This document shows, piece by piece, positions 9,773 to 16,742 of a DNA stretch of 22,766 nt. Location of the stretch: assembly GCA_038248345.1 (NCBI GenBank), contig JBBRXO010000042.1:1-22766 (forward strand), in the 5' to 3' direction. The position numbers were made by a program, and so were the translations under genes. The notes under the pieces were generated by a model. It saw nothing but the letters and a program-made list of their open reading frames with translations. It had not been told where the DNA came from and did no database searches. Within the stretch, counting starts at the first letter, position 1, and each line of letters opens with the position of its first letter. This DNA comes from Armatimonadota bacterium. Lineage in GTDB: Bacteria > Armatimonadota > Hebobacteria > CAIYQO01.

Positions 9773-11258
9773 GGGCATCACCTCCATCTTTGCGGCGGTT
9801 GAGCGCATCTAAGGCGACTTCCCGGTCATCAAAATGGATAGTCTCTTCGGCGAATATTTGATAGGTCTCGTGGCCTTTGCCCGCCAGAACCACCATATCA
9901 TCCACAGCCGCCTCGTTGATAGCACGCTGGATAGCGGTTTTGCGATCTGGCTCCACTAGTACCTGGGCCAATTTATCAGCCGGGAATCCGGCCATAATAT
10001 CGTCAATAATGCTGGTCGGAATCTCGGAACGCGGATTGTCGCTGGTGACGATTATCCGGGTAGCCCATTTCGCCGCTACCGCTGCCATAAGTGGCCGTTT
10101 GCCGCAGTCACGGTTGCCTCCGCAGCCAAATACCACCGTCACCCGCCCCTGCGATATCTCGTGCGCGGTGGCCAATACCTTATCCAGCCCATCGGGCGTA
10201 TGCGCGTAATCTACAATCACCACTGGGCCACCTTCATGATATACTCGCTGAAATCGTCCGTCTATTGGGGGCGCGGATGATAGCGCCGCCGCCGCCTTTT
10301 CCACAGGTATACCCATTTCGCCCGCTAATGCTAACGCTGCTAATGAATTAGATACGTTGAAGGTACCGAGTAGTTGCGTTATTACCGGAGTTTCCCCCCC
10401 GGGGTGGAGTAAAAGGAAGCTGTTGCCGGTGGTATTGTGTTGCACCTGCACTGCCTGGTAATCGCTTTTATTCTGCCCGAAAGTCACCACCGTCCCTTGC
10501 GCCTGCGCGGCGAAATACTCACAGGTTGGATCGTCGGCATTGAGTACCACAATCATCTGCTTATCTTCCGGTTGATAAGAAGGATTGGTGAATAATGCTG
10601 CTTTGGCGTCTCGGTAAGCTTCAATGGTCTGGTGAAAATCCAGATGATCCTGCGTCAGGTTGGTTAGCGCGGCATAGCGGAAGCTACAACCGAGGATACG
10701 ATGCAGACAGAGGGCATGGGAGGAAACCTCCATCACCGCATGGGTGAGGCCAGCATCGCGCATTCGCGCCAGTAATTGCTGCAACTCCGGAGCTTGCGGA
10801 GTGGTGTGTGGGGCGGGTATCATCTCATCACCGATATGGTACGCCAGTGTGCCGATGAGGCCGGCGGGGTGTCCGGTGGTGAGTAAAATATGACGTAGTA
10901 GTGAGGTGACCGTCGTCTTGCCATTGGTGCCGGTGACCCCCACCAGCGTAAGGGAATCTGCCGGGTGATCATAAAACGCTGCTGATATCAAAGCTAGCGC
11001 CGCGCGGGTGTCGGCAACAACGATGGCGGAAACCCCGTCAGGTACTGATTCCGCGTGCTCCACCAGCAATACTGTCGCCCCGGCCGCCAGGGCCAGCGGT
11101 ATCAACGTGTGGCTGTTTACTTTATCGCCTGACAAGCAGGCGAAGAGGTCGCCCAGCTGCACTTTTCGCGTGTCATAATTGATCCCGGTGACTTCCGTTT
11201 GCGGGTCGCCAATAATAGTAGCTTCAATATTAGCACAAAGTGCTGCGACAGTTTTCAT
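9759..11258 (-). CDS. murE: UDP-MurNAc-Ala-Glu--meso-diaminopimelate ligase
   Basis: GVTGTNGKTT, MEVSSHAL, TNLTQDHLDFH, VDYAHTPD, FGCGGNRD, DNPR (DAP-specific), AGKGHETYQ. Confidence 0.96.
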   Translation of the reverse strand: MKTVAALCANIEATIIGDPQTEVTGINYDTRKVQLGDLFACLSGDKVNSHTLIPLALAAGATVLLVEHAESVPDGVSAIVVADTRAALALISAAFYDHPADSLTLVGVTGTNGKTTVTSLLRHILLTTGHPAGLIGTLAYHIGDEMIPAPHTTPQAPELQQLLARMRDAGLTHAVMEVSSHALCLHRILGCSFRYAALTNLTQDHLDFHQTIEAYRDAKAALFTNPSYQPEDKQMIVVLNADDPTCEYFAAQAQGTVVTFGQNKSDYQAVQVQHNTTGNSFLLLHPGGETPVITQLLGTFNVSNSLAALALAGEMGIPVEKAAAALSSAPPIDGRFQRVYHEGGPVVIVDYAHTPDGLDKVLATAHEISQGRVTVVFGCGGNRDCGKRPLMAAVAAKWATRIIVTSDNPRSEIPTSIIDDIMAGFPADKLAQVLVEPDRKTAIQRAINEAAVDDMVVLAGKGHETYQIFAEETIHFDDREVALDALNRRKDGGDAHAKK

Positions 11259-11267
11259 ATTCTGATA

Positions 11268-11276
11268 ATTGTATCA
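11268..11276 (-). promoter_or_regulatory. Extended -10 promoter (TGaTACAAT) of murE
   Basis: 9 nt upstream of ATG; no SD. Confidence 0.5.
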
Positions 11277-11524
11277 TGTATTGAATAGCTGTTGTGTTAC
11301 AAATAATGCAAAATATGAAAAGACTGTGTGAATGTTTTGTGGATAGTACATACTCCAGATACTGTTCAGACTTATCACCCCTTAGAGTAACCTAACCCCC
11401 TACACCCACGTCGTAAACATAAATCATTCAGGAGGTGGAATTGGGTGTAGGCGAAGTTCAAGTTAGGCATATCCGATTGCTCCTGAGTACACACCCAGCG
11501 CTCATCCCGTTCGTCGATCCCTTC

Positions 11525-11533
11525 TGCTATACT
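11525..11533 (+). promoter_or_regulatory. Extended -10 promoter (TGcTATACT), leaderless DUF167 gene
   Basis: 6 nt upstream of ATG 11540. Confidence 0.6.
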
Positions 11534-11539
11534 AATTGC

Positions 11540-11818
11540 ATGAGCGAAGTGAGTTTGCATATTATCGTGAAACCGAAATCACCGCGGGCGGGGGTGTGGC
11601 GAACAACGGAGGGGGTGCTGGTGCGCGTGACGGCGGCCCCGGTGGAAGGGGCCGCGAATGATGCCGTTATCAAGGCGTTGGCAGCCGCGTTGGCGGTGCC
11701 GAAGAGCCACCTGGCAATAATCGGCGGCGCAGGAGCACGGCTGAAGAAAGTGGCGGTAGATGGTCTGACCGGCGAGGAGCTGGCCGCGAAGGTTGCGGCG
11801 CTTCCCGAATTGAATTAG
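11540..11818 (+). CDS. DUF167 / UPF0235 (YggU-like) protein
   Basis: VKPKS, VRVTAAPVEGAANDAVI..LA..L.VPKS.L.IIGG..AR.K.V. Confidence 0.88.
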   Translation: MSEVSLHIIVKPKSPRAGVWRTTEGVLVRVTAAPVEGAANDAVIKALAAALAVPKSHLAIIGGAGARLKKVAVDGLTGEELAAKVAALPELN

Positions 11819-12681
11819 CGGTTGCCGCGCGGGGTGCCGGTTCCCCAATCATATGGGACACTGCCGTATGGTGTCTTGCTGACGGGAATTTCGATGACGC
11901 TATCGCCCATCGACCACACGGCGGTCAAGTTCCTGGTCAATTGTAGATAACGCGTCCTCGATTCATCCTTCATTCGATTCTTCCCGCCGGTGTAGGATAC
12001 CCCGACGAAGAGGCGCGCTTGATTGGAGCCGACTACACCATCCGCATTGGTCACTCCCAGCTGGGCGGCGAATTGTTGCGAGATCGGGTAGCGAAGCACT
12101 GCCGAGGCCAATGGCTGCTCATCGCCTGCCAGTCCGCTATTCGATCCCTGATACTCCAGCCCCACCACCAGGCCGTTTTTGGCGTAGGCCTCGATGCAAC
12201 CGAATTCGCGTAGGTAAAAACTGCTGTTCGGGCGTTGTTGGGTTACGTTTGTCCCCACAGTTACCTGCACCAGCGGGAATAGGCTGTCCTTGGTGGAACT
12301 GGTGCGGGTTATCGCGATATATGGCTGCAGGAGATCAGCATTACTGCCGGTGGTGGTGTGCAGATAGAGCATCCCCACCGCGGTGCTGGCCCCCGGGATG
12401 AGCGTGGGAAGGTTGAGCTTGGCATTGGCGCCAATGCGATCCGTGGCATCACCATGCAGATAGGCGGCCCCTACCTCCAGGTTGTCCGCCAGGCCATAGA
12501 GCACGCGTACCGGCACCTCTGCACCATTGGCAATATCGGTGCCATCTACACCCAGGACGTACATCCCCGGTGCAATCGTCTTCGCCGTCGGTAATTCCAC
12601 CACCCCCGACGCCCCCAGCAACGAGGGGTAGGCGAAGGTGACGGTTGCGCAGAACAGTAAAAGCCCAGCTAAAATTTTCAT
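11815..12681 (-). CDS. Exported, probably outer-membrane beta-barrel protein (YjbH-like N-terminus)
   Basis: Signal peptide (MKILAG..TFA), PSLLGASGVVELPTA motif, alternating beta-strand pattern (LEVGAAY, LVVGLEY, LFVGVSY). Confidence 0.55.
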   Translation of the reverse strand: MKILAGLLLFCATVTFAYPSLLGASGVVELPTAKTIAPGMYVLGVDGTDIANGAEVPVRVLYGLADNLEVGAAYLHGDATDRIGANAKLNLPTLIPGASTAVGMLYLHTTTGSNADLLQPYIAITRTSSTKDSLFPLVQVTVGTNVTQQRPNSSFYLREFGCIEAYAKNGLVVGLEYQGSNSGLAGDEQPLASAVLRYPISQQFAAQLGVTNADGVVGSNQARLFVGVSYTGGKNRMKDESRTRYLQLTRNLTAVWSMGDSVIEIPVSKTPYGSVPYDWGTGTPRGNR

Positions 12682-12785
12682 AATCGTTCCCTTGTCTGAA
12701 CCCGGATTTTCCTGATTTTAAGGATTTGCTTGATAATCCAACATACGAAGTATATACCTGATTGGCTTTACATGCAAAAAGGAGT

Positions 12786-12809
12786 CGTGGCATGGGAATC
12801 CCGCCCATG
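12786..12809. repeat. REP-like palindrome CATGGG..CCCATG
   Basis: cgtggCATGGGaatcccgCCCATG. A related copy lies at 13933-13959. Confidence 0.5.
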
Positions 12810-12827
12810 AAAACAAGAAACGAAGTG

Positions 12828-13075
12828 AACCACGAAGGCACAAAGAGAGAGAAACAGAGGGCGCAGATTGGCAACAAATATCTAAATCATGGGTGAAATC
12901 CACTGTGAAGCGATGCCGAAATAAATCCCGGTGCATGAGCGGTGGGTATAAGGGGTATTGAGAGGTTTTGTATAACCCAATTGTCATGCCGGGATTTCAA
13001 TCCCAGCGAAAAAAGGTTTTTGCATTTAACCTCCACATTTCCTTATCTTCTTTGTGTCTTCGTGCCTTCGTGGTT
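12828..13075. mobile_element. MITE/REPIN-like element bounded by 14-bp perfect inverted repeats
   Basis: AACCACGAAGGCAC at 12828-12841 and GTGCCTTCGTGGTT at 13062-13075, with a nested imperfect internal IR and no credible ORF. Confidence 0.5.
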
Positions 13076-13089
13076 TTTTTACGCTCATC

Positions 13090-13902
13090 CTAACAGGTAT
13101 ATTTCACCTCGTAATCACCTACCAGTTCATCGGCTCGCTCCCGTTCCTCCTCAGTCAGTGATAGCTCCGCAAATTCTACCCCCATGGCGCTGGTGAAGCC
13201 GGCGCATATCGCGGCCACCACCGTATCTTCGGCGAGCTGGTGGCCGAGGATACGCTGCAGGTCGGTGGCGCCGTCACGCGCTACGCGTTCGGCATCGCTG
13301 CGGTAGAAGACCTGCTCCCAGGCGGCGAAGTCGATGGCGAGGGGTAGCGAGTTCTGCTGCAGGATGACGCCGCCTTTGCGTTGCTGCGCGCTGCCTATTA
13401 TCTTCTGCCCATGCACCATCAGGTCGCAACGCGCTTTGGCGGCGAAGCATGCGGGGTTGCCCGTAGCGGAGACGGACACCGGGTCGCCGGTGCGCACGCC
13501 GGCGCGATGCTCCACCAGCTCTGCCGGCACGCCCAGCAGTTGCAACCCAGCGGCCAGCGCGGTGCCCAGCGTGCGGTAGCTGTCCATCACATAGCTGCCG
13601 GCAGCGGGCAAATCAGCCTCGGCGATGATGATGCTGAAGGTCACCTCGCGGTCATGTAGTATCGCCCGCCCGCCGGTGGGGCGCGTCGCCACCTCGATGC
13701 CCAGCCGTGCACAGTTCTCCAGATTCACATTCCCCACCGCTGGCTGAAAACGCCCCAGCGTCACGCACGGCGGCGCCCAGCGGTAGAAGCGCAGGACAGG
13801 CCCCGACGTCCCCGTCCGCACCGCCTCGCGCAGCGCCACATCCGCCGCCATATTCCACGCCCCCCGCCCATCCTCCGGCGGTATAAATCTCCATTGCTTC
13901 AT
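13090..13902 (-). CDS. Lipoate-protein ligase A / octanoyltransferase (LipM-like, BPL_LplA_LipB family)
   Basis: WNMAAD.AL, LRFYRW.PP.VTLGRFQ, RPTGGRAILH, CF, KIIGSAQ.R. Lacks the LplA C-terminal domain. Confidence 0.88.
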   Translation of the reverse strand: MKQWRFIPPEDGRGAWNMAADVALREAVRTGTSGPVLRFYRWAPPCVTLGRFQPAVGNVNLENCARLGIEVATRPTGGRAILHDREVTFSIIIAEADLPAAGSYVMDSYRTLGTALAAGLQLLGVPAELVEHRAGVRTGDPVSVSATGNPACFAAKARCDLMVHGQKIIGSAQQRKGGVILQQNSLPLAIDFAAWEQVFYRSDAERVARDGATDLQRILGHQLAEDTVVAAICAGFTSAMGVEFAELSLTEEERERADELVGDYEVKYTC

Positions 13903-13909
13903 GGCTGGT

Positions 13910-13918
13910 ATTTTACCA
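13910..13918 (-). promoter_or_regulatory. Extended -10 promoter (TGgTAAAAT), leaderless lipoate ligase gene
   Basis: 7 nt upstream of ATG 13902; no SD. Confidence 0.6.
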
Positions 13919-13932
13919 TAGGTAGGGATTTT

Positions 13933-13959
13933 GTTGCATGGGCGTCCCGCCTATGCAAC
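13933..13959. repeat. REP-like hairpin overlapping the stop codon of the metallophosphoesterase gene
   Basis: GTTGCATGGG-cgtcccg-CCTATGCAAC, same family as 12786-12809. Confidence 0.5.
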
Positions 13960-14985
13960 TACAGCCCATATTGATTGTGGCATCAGGGTGATTTTATCGG
14001 GCACGGCGGGCTTGATCCACTGCTCCAGCAGTTGCTTGACGGTGAGGTCTTCCTTCACTTTCTCATCTACCGGTAGCAACTCACCGACGGATTTGGTCAG
14101 GTGCCAGCCATCGGTGTTGTCGAAGGTCAACTCCAGCCGCCCAACGCATACGCCATAGGCACCAGCCTGCACAATAGGCACCATCACACCCTTGGGGTTG
14201 GCGATCATGATCGGTTGCGGGATAAACGTATGCGAATCTCCGCCGACAATGACGTCGATCCCCTCCACTTTCGCGGCTAGCTGTTTATCCAAATCCACAC
14301 CGATGTGGGTGACGGCGATCAATATATCACACTCTTTGCGCGCCAGCGGCACCCATTTCTTCGCGGTTTCGATGGGGTCACTGATGGTCCAGCCCTTCGC
14401 CTGTGGGTAGTCCTTCACCCGGGGAGCGGTAAGGCCGAGGAACCCCACGCGCATGGCGCCATACCGCCGCACGATGAATGGGTGGATGCCCTCCACCGAT
14501 ACATCGGTGCTGCCGACGGTGAGGTTAGCAGCCAACCAGGGGAATACACTCTGCCGCATCAGGCCGAGCATGATCTGCTTCGATTCAGTATCCGCCTTAG
14601 CTTTGAATTCGTTATTGCCCACGCAGAGCATATCGTAGCCCATCTGGTTGTAGGCGGCGACCTCCGGGACTCCGAAGAATTGCTGGTGCCAGGGCCCACG
14701 CGTGAAGATGTCGCCCGCCTCGATGAGGGCCAGTGGGTTCTTCGCCGCGTTGCGCAATTCGGCGATAAGCGTAGCGCGGCGCGCCAACCCCCCGGCATTC
14801 GCCAGCACGTAACCTTTATCGACAAATTCACTCTGCATGAATTTTTTGTTACTGGTCTGATAATCAAACGGCATCATCCAGCCATGCAGATCATTAGTAT
14901 GCAAAATGGTAAACTGCCACGTCTCCCCAGCCCATGAGGCCATGGTCAACAGCAAAAACAGCAGATAAACAGTAATTTTTCTCAT
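13951..14985 (-). CDS. Exported metallophosphoesterase, 5'-nucleotidase/UshA-like N-terminal domain only
   Basis: Signal peptide, ILHTNDLHG, GGLARRAT, AGD, GNNEF, L.AN, HIG, GGDSHT, IVQAG. GGAG SD and TGgTAGAAT promoter (15006-15014). Confidence 0.85.
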   Translation of the reverse strand: MRKITVYLLFLLLTMASWAGETWQFTILHTNDLHGWMMPFDYQTSNKKFMQSEFVDKGYVLANAGGLARRATLIAELRNAAKNPLALIEAGDIFTRGPWHQQFFGVPEVAAYNQMGYDMLCVGNNEFKAKADTESKQIMLGLMRQSVFPWLAANLTVGSTDVSVEGIHPFIVRRYGAMRVGFLGLTAPRVKDYPQAKGWTISDPIETAKKWVPLARKECDILIAVTHIGVDLDKQLAAKVEGIDVIVGGDSHTFIPQPIMIANPKGVMVPIVQAGAYGVCVGRLELTFDNTDGWHLTKSVGELLPVDEKVKEDLTVKQLLEQWIKPAVPDKITLMPQSIWAVVA

Positions 14986-15042
14986 TATTTACTCCCTGAT
15001 CATTCATTCTACCACAGAAATTTCGTATTGATTAGCCTGGCA

Positions 15043-15065
15043 AAAATACTCCGCCCGCGCACTTC
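15043..15065 (+). repeat. Left direct repeat bounding the TAC cassette
   Basis: AAAATACTCCGCCCGCGCACTTC, 21/23 identical to 16683-16705. Confidence 0.8.
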
Positions 15066-15149
15066 AGGAGTATCGTTTTTAGCGCCCGTCCTGTTCGCCC
15101 AGCCGTGAACGACTGGGCTAGTGGGCTGGCGTTAAAAACGACACTCCTG
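15065..15149. repeat. 85-bp nested palindrome (22-bp outer IR plus inner REP-like hairpin)
   Basis: CAGGAGTATCGTTTTTAGCGCC / GGCGTTAAAAACGACACTCCTG (20/22). Inner GCCCAGCCG-tgaa-CGACTGGGC at 15097-15118. Confidence 0.75.
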
Positions 15150-15225
15150 GCATGAACCTTGCACTTCAAGTTTGTAATATGATATTGTATGATTATATCA
15201 TTCAGATGACAAGGATTTGCGTGGA

Positions 15226-15894
15226 ATGATATATTGTGAGATCGGATACCACGGAACGAGAAGAGATTGTTTGGATGCTATTCTTAGAGAAGGATTCCGT
15301 CCATCTATAGGAGACAAACATTGGCTTGGGGATGGCGTCTATTTTTTCACTGAGCTTTTTTATGCTTATAAGTGGAGATATGACGCATGCAAAGCAAAGA
15401 CGCGAAGGCCTGATATACCATTTGTGGTGGATTGTTGCATTGTCCAAGCTCAAATCGTAACATCGAACGACCGAGTCTTTGATATGACAAAATTTGAGTA
15501 TTATGCTGAATTTCAGGAGTGGCGATTAGAAATTGAACAAATTATGCCCCGCACAGATCGGGCTAAAAACGCGGTACTAGACGGTGTGGTTTTGAACTAT
15601 ATGTTCAGTTATTTCGGGGTGAAGGAATATCGTGAGAAGTTTGATGTAGTAAAGGCGCAGTTTTTATTCGACTCTAACGGGATGCATCTAACTGATCTCA
15701 AATTGCCCAAGGGCATACCGCAAATGCAAATATGTGTAAAGAATTTAATTGCGTCTTCCGGGGAAAAGACGATTCAGGATGTAGTTGAATACTCAATTGA
15801 GAAAAAGATTAAATTCTTTGAAGCGCAACGTCATCAGTATGAGACATATAAGAAGCCAAATGGTGGCTATAATAATAGGAGATACCAGAGGTGA
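15226..15894 (+). CDS. Putative ADP-ribosyltransferase-fold toxin (CmdT-like) of a toxin-antitoxin-chaperone system
   Basis: GYHGT, WLGDGVYFF..A..W, DGVVLN, FDVVKAQF, QMQICVKN motifs. First gene of an operon ending in secB-like. AAGGA SD; alternative start TTG 15217. Confidence 0.7.
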   Translation: MIYCEIGYHGTRRDCLDAILREGFRPSIGDKHWLGDGVYFFTELFYAYKWRYDACKAKTRRPDIPFVVDCCIVQAQIVTSNDRVFDMTKFEYYAEFQEWRLEIEQIMPRTDRAKNAVLDGVVLNYMFSYFGVKEYREKFDVVKAQFLFDSNGMHLTDLKLPKGIPQMQICVKNLIASSGEKTIQDVVEYSIEKKIKFFEAQRHQYETYKKPNGGYNNRRYQR

Positions 15895-15954
15895 TCGACG
15901 CGCATATGGTATTCGTACTGATGGATAGGTAGTATCCTATTTAGGAGATTTAAA

Positions 15955-16227
15955 ATGGGAGCAACGGAAAGATTACAGTCAATGCGAGAGCATTTCGCAA
16001 ATATTACCATCGAAGAGTTCGAGCGTAATTTGCTACGGGCGGGCATAGAAATTATCCGGCCTGCATCTGACGATGGATATTACATGGTATGCCCTGAAGA
16101 AGAAGTTGCGGATTTCGTCGTCCCCAATATGAAAAGAGGCCAGGGCACAAAGATTAATGTCAAGTCTCTAGTTGGAGTTGACAATTATTCTTATGATAAT
16201 TCTTACACATTGGGGATAGCTGCATAA
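15955..16227 (+). CDS. Putative antitoxin with C-terminal chaperone-addiction-like tail
   Basis: 90 aa, TAGGAG SD, located between toxin and SecB, Tyr-rich tail NYSYDNSYTLGIAA ending in AA. Stop overlaps the next ATG (TAATG). Confidence 0.65.
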   Translation: MGATERLQSMREHFANITIEEFERNLLRAGIEIIRPASDDGYYMVCPEEEVADFVVPNMKRGQGTKINVKSLVGVDNYSYDNSYTLGIAA

Positions 16228-16646
16228 TGAATGAGCATAAAACGGAGACCGCAAGTAAACTACGTTTTCTCGACTATGTGGTTGACTATGTAGAATTCAA
16301 AAATAACGCTGCATTCGATGCTGAGGCGGTGGATATTGACTTTAATATCCACCATAAAGTTGTAAGAAACATGCCAGATGCCTATGTGACGTTGCGTATG
16401 AATATTTTCCCGGATGCAGCGGCTAATAACTATCCGTTTAGTTTTTCTATCAGCGCTACCGGGCATTTTCAGATTGATGGCGATGATTCAGAAGAGGCTA
16501 ATAATTTTCTAAACGTAAATGCAGTGGCGATTCTGTTCCCATATTTGCGAGCTCTAGTTACAACTTATACTGCAAATGCTAATGTTACACCATTGATTTT
16601 ACCCCCAGTTAATATCGCAAAAATGCTGGAGAAGAATTCGGAATAG
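16227..16646 (+). CDS. SecB-like chaperone
   Basis: YPFSFSISATGHF, NAVAILFPYLRALVTTYT..ANVTPLILPPVN, a typical SecB-family C-terminal signature. Confidence 0.88.
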   Translation: MNEHKTETASKLRFLDYVVDYVEFKNNAAFDAEAVDIDFNIHHKVVRNMPDAYVTLRMNIFPDAAANNYPFSFSISATGHFQIDGDDSEEANNFLNVNAVAILFPYLRALVTTYTANANVTPLILPPVNIAKMLEKNSE

Positions 16647-16680
16647 GACTGGATTCGAGTCCACAGTCTATATACAACAC

Positions 16681-16730
16681 ACAAAATACTCCGCCCCCAC
16701 ACTTCCATGTGCGCGGGCGGAGTATTTTGT
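16681..16730. terminator. Bidirectional terminator between the convergent secB-like and DUF4139 genes; includes the right direct repeat
   Basis: ACAAAATACTCCGCCCCCACAC-ttccat-GTGCGCGGGCGGAGTATTTTGT, 22-bp stem with 2 mismatches and T-tracts on both strands. Confidence 0.8.
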
Positions 16731-16742
16731 TGTTGATTTTGC

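Noticed and set aside
11340..11530. 6S RNA or known riboswitch
   Set aside because: No recognisable central bubble or aptamer consensus; kept only as an unclassified structure.
11815..11990. C-terminal extension of the beta-barrel-like protein as a separate or frameshifted gene
   Set aside because: The frame is continuous, and I cannot support an indel or a second gene without homologue alignment.
12449..13196. ORFs 12449-12877, 12718-12987 and 12942-13196
   Set aside because: Translations of repeat DNA (both IR ends give FVPSWF); no RBS or family signal.
15065..15149. Integron attC site
   Set aside because: Lacks proper RYYYAAC / GTTRRRY ends, and there is no second site or integrase in the window.
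16647..16670. GGATTCGAGTCC resembling a tRNA T-loop (possible att remnant) after the secB-like gene
   Set aside because: No proper 5-bp T stem around a 7-nt loop and no acceptor stem or CCA context; only a small hairpin.
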